Shown: positions 17,679 to 28,321 of the stretch, piece after piece
How positions within the stretch are numbered: position 1 is the stretch's first letter
Layout of the letters: each line of letters starts with the position of its first letter
Origin: Minisyncoccia bacterium
Lineage (GTDB): Bacteria; Patescibacteriota; Minisyncoccia; Phycocordibacterales; UBA918
Assembly (NCBI GenBank): GCA_046598345.1
Contig: JBKJIT010000003.1
Coordinates: 73,023-137,022 of the forward strand
Direction: 5' to 3'
Length of the DNA stretch: 64,000 nt
The notes under the pieces: model-generated
Told to the model about the DNA's origin: nothing
Database searches by the model: none
What the model saw: only the letters and a program-made list of their open reading frames with translations
Translations under genes and position numbers: made by a program

Positions 17679-18284
17679 TTATTGTGGAGTGGTGACTCCT
17701 GCCCCTGCTCCGTTTTCAGTCGTAGCTTTCATCGGCGCTTTCTTAAGAAGAACGAGGGTGGACTTAAGGTATGTGTGTGCATCTCGAAGTGCTTCGCGTA
17801 CAACGACATATTGTGTGCGTGCACTCACAAATGCTTCCTTTGGGTTTTCTGCGGTAGCTGCCTGAACCGTTGTTGTGTCGAGAGTACTAAGGATAGTATT
17901 TGCTCGCTCTAGCGAATCCTTTGCTGTGGCGAGTGCCGCTTCAGCTTCGGTCGTGTCCACGCCACTATTTTTTAGAATTATGATTCGTGTATCAAAGCGG
18001 GTAGTGATCTGCGTAAGGCGATTGGTCGCTGCTTGCATCTTCCCAATAAGATTACGAGCGAGATTGATGATGCGGTTCTGTGTCTCTCCATTCAAGAGAG
18101 AACGGTTTTCGGAGGCGGGAGAGACGCTAGTTCCTTGCACAGCCTCTTCTGCAAGAACACGATTTGAAATTGCGAGCACCATGCTCACCACAGCGAGGGC
18201 GAGATACACATACTGCATTTTCCGGAGCGTAACTTTAACGCTTCGCCCTTTCACCGATTGTCTACTCATAAACTCTGTTAGCAT
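17679..18284 (-). CDS. Secreted helical-bundle hypothetical protein (start ~18284 or 18269)
   Basis: Signal peptide ending VLA, then Ala-rich coiled coil; the upstream ORF extension overlaps ppa. Confidence 0.65.
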   Translation of the reverse strand: MLTEFMSRQSVKGRSVKVTLRKMQYVYLALAVVSMVLAISNRVLAEEAVQGTSVSPASENRSLLNGETQNRIINLARNLIGKMQAATNRLTQITTRFDTRIIILKNSGVDTTEAEAALATAKDSLERANTILSTLDTTTVQAATAENPKEAFVSARTQYVVVREALRDAHTYLKSTLVLLKKAPMKATTENGAGAGVTTPQ

Positions 18285-18345
18285 CCTTATAGTATAAAAC
18301 AACTCCGCCAGAAGGCGGAGTTGTTTGTGCACACGTATACAGGGC

Positions 18346-18870
18346 TTACTTCCCTGGATTTTCTTTATAGAGTGAGACACTTCGCTCAAAAGCCTCCTTT
18401 GCCTTAGAAACACCATGCCATTCACCCACCTGTACTTCTTTATTTTGCACCTTCTTGTATGTTTCAAAGAAGTGTGTCATTTCCTTCACAAAGTGTTTGT
18501 TGAGGTCCTCAATATCCTTCACGTCATTAAAACGTGGGTCGTCAACGGGAACGGCGACAATCTTGTCGTCACGATCTCCACCATCAATCATTTCCATAAT
18601 TGCTACTGGGCGTGCTTTTACTAGAATGCCCGGAAGAAGGGGGTAGGTCGTGAGTAGTACGATGTCGAGTGCATCACCGTCATCAAACAGAGTCTGCGGT
18701 ACAAACCCGTAATCAAACGGATAGTCCTGCGAAGTGTGCATGACGCGATCGAGGGCGATAATGCCAGTCGCTTTATCAATCTCGTACTTATTCTTTGAGA
18801 ACTTTGGAATCTCAATGATGACATTCATTTCATCAGCGGTTCCGGGTGCGATATCGTGAAGTAGATTCAT
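18346..18870 (-). CDS. ppa: Inorganic pyrophosphatase (family I)
   Basis: IEIPK..KNKYEIDK, YPFDYGFVPQT, DDGDALD, DDKIVAVP. Confidence 0.95.
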   Translation of the reverse strand: MNLLHDIAPGTADEMNVIIEIPKFSKNKYEIDKATGIIALDRVMHTSQDYPFDYGFVPQTLFDDGDALDIVLLTTYPLLPGILVKARPVAIMEMIDGGDRDDKIVAVPVDDPRFNDVKDIEDLNKHFVKEMTHFFETYKKVQNKEVQVGEWHGVSKAKEAFERSVSLYKENPGK

Positions 18871-18895
18871 AGTATTTTTGTTCAATGATAAATTA

Positions 18896-20161
18896 CTATT
18901 CCTTATCCTTAGTATCTTCCTCAACTGTAACCGCCGGAGCTGCCTCTTCGGTTGCTACCGGTGCCTTTTCAACTTCCTCTGATTCCTGCTTTGCAGAGAC
19001 AATATCAATCTTCCATCCAGTGAGCTTTGCGGCGAGGCGTACGTTCTGGCCTCCGCGTCCAATCGCGAGTGACTGTTGATCGGGAGCAACCATGACCGTT
19101 GAGCGACCGCGAGCTTCGTTACTCCCTTCTGTGGTCTCAATTGTTACCTTCATGACCTGGGCTGGGGAAAGCGCATCCTCAATAAATTCTGCCGCATCCT
19201 CAGACCATTCGATGATGTCGATTTTCTCGCCACCGAGTTCGCTCATCACCGTTGAAACGCGCACACCGCGCTGTCCGACGAGTGACCCAACAGGATCGAT
19301 GTGATCATCGGTTGAGAACACCGCAATCTTTGAACGTGAACCTGCTTCACGTGCGATCGCCTTTACGAGCACCGTACTGCTTTGAAGCTCAGGTGTTTCA
19401 ATCGCAAAGAGCTTCTCGAGGAAATTAGGGTGTGCTCGTGAGAGTTTAAGGAAAATTCCTCGTGGTGTCTCGTCTACTGAGACGAGAAGTGCGCGAATAC
19501 GTTCTCCTGGTCGGAATCGTTCGCCGGGGATCTGCTCATCGTACGGCATAACACCGGTTACGCGACCAAGGTCGATGTAGAGATTGCCACGTTCAAATCG
19601 CTGGACATGTCCCACCACAATATCGCCTTCTTTTTGTCCGAATTCAGAGAGTGCCGATTCTTTTTCTGCCTCACGAATTTTTTGGATAATAACTTGCTTT
19701 GCGGTTTGTGCTGCAATACGTCCGAAATCATCCTTTGGTTCAAGTGGAAAGATGAGTTCTTCGCTCAGCGCAACGTCACGCTTAATGAGGCGCGCATTTT
19801 CAATGAGGATGTGCTTCTCAGGATCAAAACGTACACGGGTGTCCCCGTCTTCACGCACCGGCTCTACTTCTTCACGTGTAAATTTGCCACGTCCCTTTGT
19901 TTCGTCCTCCTCAGGAAGCTCTTCAACCGGATCTTCTACACGGGCTGTCGTTTCATCAACGACAATCTTTACCTGGTCAAATGTCGTTACTCCAGAGTTA
20001 ATATCAAAACGCGCTCGGACAATCTGTCCGCGCTTTCCGAATTCTTTTTTATATGCGGTTGCAAGCGCCTGCTCAATCGCATCGATCATTTTTTCACGAC
20101 CGATACCGCGCTCGTCTTCCATTTGGTCTAGGACCGAATTTATTACCTTTAAATCAAACAT
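18896..20161 (-). CDS. nusA: Transcription termination factor NusA
   Basis: FGRIAAQTAKQV, S1, AREAGSRSKIAV, AIGRGGQNVRLAAKLTGWKIDI. Confidence 0.97.
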   Translation of the reverse strand: MFDLKVINSVLDQMEDERGIGREKMIDAIEQALATAYKKEFGKRGQIVRARFDINSGVTTFDQVKIVVDETTARVEDPVEELPEEDETKGRGKFTREEVEPVREDGDTRVRFDPEKHILIENARLIKRDVALSEELIFPLEPKDDFGRIAAQTAKQVIIQKIREAEKESALSEFGQKEGDIVVGHVQRFERGNLYIDLGRVTGVMPYDEQIPGERFRPGERIRALLVSVDETPRGIFLKLSRAHPNFLEKLFAIETPELQSSTVLVKAIAREAGSRSKIAVFSTDDHIDPVGSLVGQRGVRVSTVMSELGGEKIDIIEWSEDAAEFIEDALSPAQVMKVTIETTEGSNEARGRSTVMVAPDQQSLAIGRGGQNVRLAAKLTGWKIDIVSAKQESEEVEKAPVATEEAAPAVTVEEDTKDKE

Positions 20162-20454
20162 ATCAGTGAGCAGTTTTTGAAAAATTGACGAATTTCTTTG
20201 TCGAAACGGCGATTTTCTCCTTCATCGTACATGTGTACGCCTCAGTCGTAAATCTTGTTTCTTCGCGAACTTCATTCAATTCTTCAAAACTGCGTGTGGG
20301 GTATTCCCCATTAACAATTTTTGTAAATCTCCTTATTTTTAACAAAAAAATGCCGGCCGCATGTGGCCGACGTTCAGTCATTAATGACGAGTATACGTGA
20401 ATTTATGAAGTTGTCAAAACATGTCGTTTCGGGGTCTTTTTTTAGTTTTTACTC

Positions 20455-21456
20455 CTAGCCCTTTAAAAGATGTTGGTGTTCAGCTAAATATTTTTCCATC
20501 GCAGTCATTCCGTGCTCGTTATTATTTTTATGCCAATGTCTAAAGCGTGTGCAGTATGAAATGATAACGCCTGCATGAAGAAGCTGTGCATTGTAGCCTT
20601 CTTCCTTAAAATAGCCTTGAAGTAATTGTTCCCACGCAATAGCAGGATGTCTACCCTCAATAAGCTTTACCATGCATCTCCCGATGTCGATGTATCGAGT
20701 ATTAAATCTTGGGATAGGGTCAAATATCGTAATTGGATTCGTTGCAAAAATATTACCCACTCCGAGATCATCGTGACAATAACTGCTGTGCTCCTCTCCT
20801 TTGGTGAGATTTGTAAGAATCTCAATACTTTTTTCCAAGTCAGTGTGACTAAGTGCATTATGTTCCCGCGCGTATCTTAATTGAGATCCAGTCCGTCCGT
20901 TCAAGAGCCACTCAGATAAGGTTGTATACTCGGCTTTTCCATTCACTACGCTCCCGTACCCTTTTCCATGCGGTTCGTGCATCTTCCGAAGCGTCTCTCC
21001 GACCTCTTTGTGTACTTCTTTTTGAATCAACTCTGGAGGGGTAAAACGATCTCGTAGTCTCGGCGCATCAATGTAGTTCATGAGTATATACGGGTGGCTA
21101 TCAATCACACCAGTTTCCTCTACGTGCGGTACGGAAACTCCGGCTTCCTCCCATACCCGCAAGAATTCTGCCTCACCGTCAGTCCAGTTACGGATGAGAG
21201 GAATTTTAAGTACATGTTTTTCTCCCGCTGCATCGAGAACACTGACGAGAGAGGCCATTCCCGTATCAAAAAACGAGACAGAGACCTTTCCCGCGCCTTG
21301 AAATAAGGGGTGTTTTTTTAGAAATGTTTCCTGGTGGTGCACGAGCGAAATGCGCCGCTCATTTTCCGCATCATCAGCTTTATTAAGAGACAGCTTTGGA
21401 GTATTGAGAAACACTATTTCAGGCTCCTTCTCAAAAGATTTGAATTCAAATGACAT
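20455..21456 (-). CDS. Aminoglycoside/choline kinase-like phosphotransferase (start 21456)
   Basis: VLKI, LRKMH, CHDDLGVGNI, IFDP; TATACT 6 nt before ATG. Confidence 0.75.
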   Translation of the reverse strand: MSFEFKSFEKEPEIVFLNTPKLSLNKADDAENERRISLVHHQETFLKKHPLFQGAGKVSVSFFDTGMASLVSVLDAAGEKHVLKIPLIRNWTDGEAEFLRVWEEAGVSVPHVEETGVIDSHPYILMNYIDAPRLRDRFTPPELIQKEVHKEVGETLRKMHEPHGKGYGSVVNGKAEYTTLSEWLLNGRTGSQLRYAREHNALSHTDLEKSIEILTNLTKGEEHSSYCHDDLGVGNIFATNPITIFDPIPRFNTRYIDIGRCMVKLIEGRHPAIAWEQLLQGYFKEEGYNAQLLHAGVIISYCTRFRHWHKNNNEHGMTAMEKYLAEHQHLLKG

Positions 21457-21552
21457 GTTTCGAGTATACCAAGAAAAAAGTACTCCTTTATATACATGGA
21501 TCGCGCGAAGTTTAATGGGTGTGAATGATATACTGAGTGTGTAATCTGCTCT

Positions 21553-23322
21553 TTGGAGCTTTTTGGAACTGTGCGAATACAAGATGCACAATTAAAGCGC
21601 TTTGTTCTTGATTCAGGGCTTGTGACCCGGAAGGATATTGAGTCTGCCGAGCGAGTTGCGCTCGAAGAAAAGCGTTCACTCTCCGAAGCACTCGTCTCCT
21701 CTGGTGCAATGACCGAGGACGATCTGAGGCGTGTTGAGTCGTACGTACTCGGTGTGCCATTCGTGGCTCTCAAGAATGTAAAGATTGATTTCGCAATTCT
21801 CTCGCTCATTCCGGAGCCAATCGCGCGCAATCATAATATTGTTGCGTACAAAAAGGGGGAAGGGTCGCTCGAGGTTGCGATGCTCGATACTGCCGATCTT
21901 TCGGCGATCGATTTTGTGAAAAAGAAAGTGGGCCTTAAGATTTTGCCCCGCCTCACAGATACTGAATCCATGAGGAGCGTACTCATGCAGTATCAGAAGA
22001 CACTCAAGGATGAGTTCGGAGACATCATTATGAAAGAGACCTTGGCACTCAAGGTACTTAAGGAAGAGGGGGCAGATGACATGTCGGAGAAGGATCTGAA
22101 GAAAATGGCAGAAGATCTCCCAGTTGTGCGAATTGTCGATACACTCCTCCGTCACGCAATCATTCAAGGAGCGTCAGATATCCATATTGAACCAATGGAG
22201 AATGAGCTTCTCGTGCGGTATCGTATTGACGGTATTCTCCACGACGCGATGTCGCTCCCTAAGCATGCAGCACCAACTATTTCCGCGCGCATTAAGGTGC
22301 TTTCGAATTTGAAGCTTGATGAAAAGCGTTTGCCGCAGGATGGTCGCTTTAAGATGGAGATGGAGAGTCAGAAGGTCTCATTCCGTGTTTCCATTTTGCC
22401 TATCTTCTACGGAGAAAAGATTGTGATGCGTCTCCTCAGGGAGGGTCGCTCGGGCTTTACGCTCGAAGGATTGGGTTTCCATGGACAGGCGCTCGAAGGT
22501 TTGCACTCTGCAACGAAGCAAACGACTGGAATTATTCTTGTTACGGGGCCTACAGGTTCAGGAAAGACGACGACCCTGTACACAGTGCTCGATATTTTAA
22601 ATACGCCGGAGGTTAACATTTCGACGATTGAAGATCCGGTGGAATATCAAATGCCGCGCGTGAACCAAACGCAGGTAAAGCCGGATATTGGGTTTAGTTT
22701 TGCGAATGGACTCCGCTCTCTTATGCGTCAGGATCCAGACATTATCATGGTAGGAGAGATTCGTGACCAAGAGACAGCGTCCCTCGCCATCAATGCGGCT
22801 TTGACCGGACACCTCGTACTTGCGACAGTGCACACCAACTCCGCCTCAGCGACAGTAGCTCGTCTCGTCGATATGGGAGTTGAGACTTTCCTCCTGGTAT
22901 CAACCCTCAAGGTGGCGGTGGGGCAGCGACTCGTGAGAAGACTCACGGATACGAAGGAAGCCTACACGCTTTCCTCAAATGAAAAAGCAGATATTGAGAA
23001 ATACGTAGATTTGGATCGAGTGCTTGAAGCCCTGAAGAAAGAGGGTGTCGTAAAGCCGGGGGCAACCTGGAATAGCATTCCGTTCTATCGCCCTAAAGTA
23101 AATAGTGAGACAGATAATGGGTACAAGAGTCGAATGGGAATTCATGAAGTGCTTCGCATGTCTCCAGCGCTCAAAGATTTGGTCATGGCGTCAGGGACGG
23201 CAGACGCGATCGAAGCACAGGCTCGCAAAGAGGGAATGCTCACTATGATTGAAGATGGGATTTACAAGGCTGCATTGGGACAGACGAGTGTGGAGGAGGT
23301 CCTTCGCGTTATTTCAGAATAA
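21553..23322 (+). CDS. pilB: Type IV pilus / T2SS assembly ATPase (PilB/GspE)
   Basis: ASDIHIEP, RLPQDGRF, GPTGSGKTTTLY, EDPVEY, RQDPDIIMVGEIRD, TGHLV. Confidence 0.93.
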   Translation: MELFGTVRIQDAQLKRFVLDSGLVTRKDIESAERVALEEKRSLSEALVSSGAMTEDDLRRVESYVLGVPFVALKNVKIDFAILSLIPEPIARNHNIVAYKKGEGSLEVAMLDTADLSAIDFVKKKVGLKILPRLTDTESMRSVLMQYQKTLKDEFGDIIMKETLALKVLKEEGADDMSEKDLKKMAEDLPVVRIVDTLLRHAIIQGASDIHIEPMENELLVRYRIDGILHDAMSLPKHAAPTISARIKVLSNLKLDEKRLPQDGRFKMEMESQKVSFRVSILPIFYGEKIVMRLLREGRSGFTLEGLGFHGQALEGLHSATKQTTGIILVTGPTGSGKTTTLYTVLDILNTPEVNISTIEDPVEYQMPRVNQTQVKPDIGFSFANGLRSLMRQDPDIIMVGEIRDQETASLAINAALTGHLVLATVHTNSASATVARLVDMGVETFLLVSTLKVAVGQRLVRRLTDTKEAYTLSSNEKADIEKYVDLDRVLEALKKEGVVKPGATWNSIPFYRPKVNSETDNGYKSRMGIHEVLRMSPALKDLVMASGTADAIEAQARKEGMLTMIEDGIYKAALGQTSVEEVLRVISE

Positions 23323-23324
23323 AT

Positions 23325-24551
23325 ATGGCAGAATTTAAATACAAAGGTGTGGCAGCAAATGGGGAAGCGGTAACAATGACCGTTGAAGCGGCTGATCGGT
23401 ATGCAGTGTACGCAATCGCGCGCACGAACGGTCATGTGGTGAAATCAGTAGATGCGGTAGGCAAGTTTTCTCTTGGGAAACTCCTCAATATGGAGAAGCT
23501 CAACTACTTCCTCTCTCGCATCAAGGCGGATGAACTCGTGATGCTCACCCGCAATCTTGCTTCGATGCTCACGGCAGGGCTTCCATTAACGCGTGCCCTC
23601 TCTGTCATCGAGCGCCAAACCAAGAATCAGCGACTCATCACCGTGATGAAAAGCGTTAGGGAGAGTCTTAATAAAGGAGATCAATTTAATCTCGCCCTTA
23701 GCGTTTTCCCTGAAACATTTTCTCCGCTCTATGTTGCGATGGTGCGCGCGGGTGAAGAAAGTGGAGGACTCGCGCCCGCGCTCAAAACGATTGCGCTCCA
23801 GCTTGAACGATCATCAAGTCTTAAAAAGAAAATTAAGGGTGCGATGATCTATCCCGCAATCGTGGTTTCGGTGATGTGTATCATTGGAGTGCTTATGATG
23901 ATTTATGTGGTGCCAACGCTCACGGAAACATTTACGAAGCTTGGCACCGAACTGCCTGCGACAACGAGAATCTTGATCGGGACGAGCGACGTGCTTTCAA
24001 ACTACGGCATCTTCGTACTTCTTGGGTTCATTGCGCTTGTTTCAGGGTTCGTTTCTGGCGCAAAGACAAAGCCTGGGAAGCAGATTCTCCACTACGTCAT
24101 TATCCGAATTCCTGTGATTGGAAATCTAGTAAAGCAGACGAACTCGGCATATACCGCGCGTACGCTATCGTCCCTCCTCTCCTCGGGCGTAGACGTGCTT
24201 GGCGCAATCAGGATTACTGAGGATGTGCTTCAAAATGTGTACTACAAAGCGATTCTACGGGAGGCGGGAGAGAAGGTGGAAAAGGGAAGCCCACTCTCTG
24301 AAACATTTGTTGCGCATGACGATCTCTACCCACTCCTCGTGGGAGAAATGATTTCTGTGGGAGAAGAGACAGGTCAAATTTCAGGCATGCTCACCGAAGT
24401 CGCAACATTTTATGAAACAGAAGTAGAACAAAAGACAAAGGATCTCTCTACCATCATTGAGCCAATTCTAATGGTCGTGATTGGAGGTGTGGTGGGATTC
24501 TTTGCGCTCGCGATGATCGCACCGATTTACTCTATTTCAGATTCAATATAG
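23325..24551 (+). CDS. pilC: Type IV pilus platform protein (PilC/GspF)
   Basis: AGEESG, KKKIKGAMIYP, GEETG, IEPILMV. Confidence 0.93.
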   Translation: MAEFKYKGVAANGEAVTMTVEAADRYAVYAIARTNGHVVKSVDAVGKFSLGKLLNMEKLNYFLSRIKADELVMLTRNLASMLTAGLPLTRALSVIERQTKNQRLITVMKSVRESLNKGDQFNLALSVFPETFSPLYVAMVRAGEESGGLAPALKTIALQLERSSSLKKKIKGAMIYPAIVVSVMCIIGVLMMIYVVPTLTETFTKLGTELPATTRILIGTSDVLSNYGIFVLLGFIALVSGFVSGAKTKPGKQILHYVIIRIPVIGNLVKQTNSAYTARTLSSLLSSGVDVLGAIRITEDVLQNVYYKAILREAGEKVEKGSPLSETFVAHDDLYPLLVGEMISVGEETGQISGMLTEVATFYETEVEQKTKDLSTIIEPILMVVIGGVVGFFALAMIAPIYSISDSI

Positions 24552-24555
24552 TTCT

Positions 24556-25017
24556 ATGGAATTGTATTCGAACAGAGAGGCAGGATTCACACTTGCTGAA
24601 ATTGTTGTGGTCGTGGCCATAATCGCAATTATGGCCACGGTAACTATGGTGGGGTTTCAGAACTTTAATCGGAGTGCAGTTTTAAAGACGGCGACCCAAG
24701 AAGTATCGGTCGCACTTACGAGCGCACGAACAAGTACCCTTTCTTCTGAAGCCGACACCGTCTATGGAGTGCATATGAGTACGACATCTGTTACTAAGTT
24801 TGTGGGAAGCACCTACGCTGCCGGCGCTTCCACCAATGAAACGTACACCTTTGAAGGGGGGGTAACCGCCACTAGTTCCTTAATTGCGACTAATACCGAT
24901 GTGGTTTTTGCGCGCCTCACGGGGGAACCGTCAGCTGTAGGGACTATCTATATAGTGAATAGCGCACTGGATTCCACCACAACTGTCACAATTCATGCCT
25001 CAGGGCTGGTAGAGTAG
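24556..25017 (+). CDS. Minor pilin (FimT/GspH-like)
   Basis: G|FTLAEIVVVVAII prepilin motif. Confidence 0.88.
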   Translation: MELYSNREAGFTLAEIVVVVAIIAIMATVTMVGFQNFNRSAVLKTATQEVSVALTSARTSTLSSEADTVYGVHMSTTSVTKFVGSTYAAGASTNETYTFEGGVTATSSLIATNTDVVFARLTGEPSAVGTIYIVNSALDSTTTVTIHASGLVE

Positions 25018-25024
25018 TAGAAGT

Positions 25025-25513
25025 ATGCACATGAGATTACATAGTAGACGGCGAGGATTCACTGCACTTGAAACTGCAATTGGTGTGAGTCTTGTGGCAC
25101 TTGTGCTTACATTTGTAATGACAACCGTAGCGCAATTTATTAATACAGGAAGGACAACAACACAAAAGACACAAGCGCTCTACCTAGCGGAAGAGACACT
25201 TGAGCTGGTGCGATTTGTTCGAGATGTGTCATGGACCAATATCAGTTCGCTCACAAATGGCACCACCTACTACATTAGAGTAGCGAGCGGTGCAGTGAGT
25301 GTGACGACGACCCCGCAGATCGCTGCAGGCTTCACCCGATCCTTCGTGATCTCAAATGTGTACCGGAACGCAACGACCGATGATATTGTCGCGAGTACGA
25401 CGGGAGGAAGCGTGGCTGACACAAGTACGAAGTATGTAACTGCACGGGTAGTGGGTGGAAATCCTACTTCAACAGTTTCGTTAACCACTATCATCGCTGA
25501 TCTAGATCCATGA
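25025..25513 (+). CDS. Minor pilin (PilV-like)
   Basis: G|FTALE prepilin motif, ALYLAEE.LE. Confidence 0.85.
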   Translation: MHMRLHSRRRGFTALETAIGVSLVALVLTFVMTTVAQFINTGRTTTQKTQALYLAEETLELVRFVRDVSWTNISSLTNGTTYYIRVASGAVSVTTTPQIAAGFTRSFVISNVYRNATTDDIVASTTGGSVADTSTKYVTARVVGGNPTSTVSLTTIIADLDP

Positions 25514-26037
25514 GTTCCTTCTTTAAAAAACAGCAGGTAGGAAGCCGTGGGTTTTCACTCATTGAAATCCTTATTTATCTTGCGATCACTGTCATGGTGT
25601 CCCTTGCAGGGGTTACGACATTTCTCTCTCTCGATACCGTACTTCTTCGAAATCAAACCGAGAGAGTCTTAACAAGAGCAGCGACCGTGAGCTTGGATCG
25701 ACTCCTCCATGATATTCGGGAAGCGGACGCAGTGAATACAGGACTGAGTACACTTGATGTGTCGAATGGTGTACTTGCTCTCACGAACACACCTACGACT
25801 ACTACATTTGCAATTTCGGGAGGTAATCTCGTCGTCAGCGTGAATGGGGTAGAACTCGGGCCACTCACTGGAGATGACGTGGTGGTTCAAGATGTTGTCT
25901 TCTCTCGCTATGTGAGTGGAGGAGCGACGAGCACTGAGCTTGTCCGTGTCGCCCTAACGCTCAGCGCATCCTCAAAAGCAGCATCGTCAACCAAGACATT
26001 TTATACAAGTGCGGTACTTCGCGGTTCATATGAATAA
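25510..26037 (+). CDS. Minor pilin (PilW-like)
   Basis: G|FSLIEILIYLAI, DIREA. Confidence 0.85.
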   Translation: MSSFFKKQQVGSRGFSLIEILIYLAITVMVSLAGVTTFLSLDTVLLRNQTERVLTRAATVSLDRLLHDIREADAVNTGLSTLDVSNGVLALTNTPTTTTFAISGGNLVVSVNGVELGPLTGDDVVVQDVVFSRYVSGGATSTELVRVALTLSASSKAASSTKTFYTSAVLRGSYE

Positions 26038-27349
26038 TCGTAACAACAATCAGAGCCGAGGTGCCGCACTCATGCTGTTTGTTATTTTCTTTATTATTGG
26101 AAGCACGGTTTTGGTTCTCGGTATCACGCGAGGGGTGTACGAAGATTTAGTGGGGTATAGGATTCGCGCGGCCTCGGTACAAGGTTTTTATGCCGCAGAG
26201 GCTGGCATTGAAGACGCGATTTATCGGCACCGGGATGGCCGCGCGTATTCAAATACAGAAACATTCGCAATGCAGGGAGCCACCACATCAGTGACGCGGA
26301 CGCTTGTGGTGGATAGCTTCGAAATTGTCTCCGTTGGTACGTACGGCGGTACGACCAAGCGTAGTGAACTTTGGCTCTCAGTGGGGGATGGGGCGGCATT
26401 TAGTTTTGGACTCCAGAGTGGAAACGGCGGCATTCTCATGAGTAATAGCACGAGTGTTATTGGGAATGTATTTTCGAATGGAACTGTTGAGGGGGCAGGG
26501 ACAGCAATCGTACGCGGAGACGTTATTTCTGCAGGACCCTCAGGGCTAGTGGATTCTATTCACGCAACAGGTTCGGTCTGGGCGCACACCATCGAAAATT
26601 CTGTCATTGATACGAATGCGTACTACTTTAGTACTTCAACCTTGATCGGGACGGTAGTGGGAGGGACGCAGTTCCCGGGAAATGAGGATGAGGCAACGGC
26701 GACAATGCCGATTTCCGACAGCATGATCGAAGATTGGAAGCAGGTGATTGAGGATACGGGAACGGTTATTTCAAGCGCATCGCCAGAATGTTTGAGTGGT
26801 ACCTATACGATAAACACAAACACGACACTGAATAACGTAAAGATTGAATGTAATGTCGATTTGAAAAAACAGGGTGCCTCTACGGTGGTTACCTTTGCGG
26901 GTCCTGTATGGATTGAAGGAAATCTGTCGTTTTCATCAGGACCGACAATTGTTGCGTCATCATCCTTGGGAACGAGAAGTGTACAAATTATTGTGGATGA
27001 CGAGGATAGTCACGCGACGGGAAGTAAGATTAGTGTTAACCAGTCGACCGTGTTTAGCTCTGGAAACGCGCAGTCATTTGTCCTCCTTATTTCAATGAAT
27101 ACTGATGCAGAAGACGGTGGCTCTGAGAAAGCGATAGATCTCGCACAGTCCGCGAGTGGGAAAGTGCTCGTCTACGCTTCGCATGGACGTGTTTCCTTGG
27201 GAAATAATATTTCACTGAAAGAGGTAACAGGGTACCAAATCGATATTTCAAATGGAGCAGAAGTGGTATATGAGAGTGGACTCATGAGTCTCCTCTTCAC
27301 GGGAGGTCCAGGTGGAGGGTATGCGATAAGTTCATGGCAGGAAATCTAG
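26030..27349 (+). CDS. PilX-like minor pilin with a large beta-rich C-terminal domain
   Basis: G|AALML (no Glu5), FYAAEAGIEDA, ends SWQEI. Confidence 0.82.
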   Translation: MNNRNNNQSRGAALMLFVIFFIIGSTVLVLGITRGVYEDLVGYRIRAASVQGFYAAEAGIEDAIYRHRDGRAYSNTETFAMQGATTSVTRTLVVDSFEIVSVGTYGGTTKRSELWLSVGDGAAFSFGLQSGNGGILMSNSTSVIGNVFSNGTVEGAGTAIVRGDVISAGPSGLVDSIHATGSVWAHTIENSVIDTNAYYFSTSTLIGTVVGGTQFPGNEDEATATMPISDSMIEDWKQVIEDTGTVISSASPECLSGTYTINTNTTLNNVKIECNVDLKKQGASTVVTFAGPVWIEGNLSFSSGPTIVASSSLGTRSVQIIVDDEDSHATGSKISVNQSTVFSSGNAQSFVLLISMNTDAEDGGSEKAIDLAQSASGKVLVYASHGRVSLGNNISLKEVTGYQIDISNGAEVVYESGLMSLLFTGGPGGGYAISSWQEI

Positions 27350-27470
27350 CGTGTGGTCAAAAACCTCACATACTGCGTTAGACTTCGTTCAGAAAGACTC
27401 ATCGTATGTGAAATACGCCTCGCATTTCCTCTCTCGTGCGCCTTGTCTCTAAGGTATTTGACCACACGCT
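27348..27470 (+). repeat. 123-bp palindromic element (family 3), begins in a TAG stop
   Basis: AGCGTGTGGTCAAA...TTTGACCACACGCT, apex CGTAT-GTGAA-ATACG. Confidence 0.75.
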
Positions 27471-27553
27471 CGTGATTGTTAGTGACACTAAGAAACCCCA
27501 GCCCGAATAGATTAGATGCATGTCCACGTGTCCTCTGTTAGAATGGAATCATT

Positions 27554-28318
27554 ATGAAAAAGGTGGTGCACCCTCTCATTGTCGGAAATTGGAAAATGAA
27601 TCCCCAATCTGTGACTATGGCATCCCGACTTGCAACGGACATTAAGAAAGGACTAGCCCGCCTCCGGGGAGCTGAAGTCGTAATAGCACCACCCTTTGTC
27701 TACCTTGATGCCGTGCGTCGCGTACACGACGGAGGTAAATCATTCACGGTCGGAGCACAAAATGTGCACGAAGAAAATGCAGGCCCACATACCGGAGGCA
27801 TTTCTATTTCTATGATTAAGAGTTTCGAAGTGAGTCATGTGATTGTGGGTCATTCAGAGCGTCGCGCACGAGGAGAGAAGAATACAGATATCAATAAAAA
27901 AATTCATGCGGTCATAAAAGCGGGAATGACCGCGATTGTGTGCGTGGGTGAAGGAAGTCGTGACCCCGAAGGTCACTATCTAGGATTCATTGAGACACAG
28001 GTGCGGGAAGCATGTGCGGGCATCCCGAAATCAAAACTCACACACCTTGTAATTGCGTATGAACCGCTTTGGGCAATAGGGACCGGGAAAAATGCTACAC
28101 CGGAAAATGTGCACGAAGTAAAATTATTTATACAGAAACTGCTTACCGATATGTATGGACGAACTGCGGGCACGCAGGTACGCGTTCTCTATGGTGGATC
28201 GGTGAATCAAAAGAACGCACTCGAGCTCCTCGAAGAGGGACAGGTGGATGGGTTTCTCGTGGGCGGATCAAGTCTCAGTGCTTCTGAGTTTGTAGGAATT
28301 GTGAAGGCTGCACAATAA
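27554..28318 (+). CDS. tpiA: Triosephosphate isomerase
   Basis: GNWKMN, GHSERR, AYEPLWAIGTG, YGGSV. Confidence 0.97.
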   Translation: MKKVVHPLIVGNWKMNPQSVTMASRLATDIKKGLARLRGAEVVIAPPFVYLDAVRRVHDGGKSFTVGAQNVHEENAGPHTGGISISMIKSFEVSHVIVGHSERRARGEKNTDINKKIHAVIKAGMTAIVCVGEGSRDPEGHYLGFIETQVREACAGIPKSKLTHLVIAYEPLWAIGTGKNATPENVHEVKLFIQKLLTDMYGRTAGTQVRVLYGGSVNQKNALELLEEGQVDGFLVGGSSLSASEFVGIVKAAQ

Positions 28319-28321
28319 TAT

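Noticed and set aside
20163-20381. 72-aa ORF upstream of nusA as rimP
   Set aside because: Too short and lacks RimP motifs; more likely a leader with an attenuator-like hairpin.
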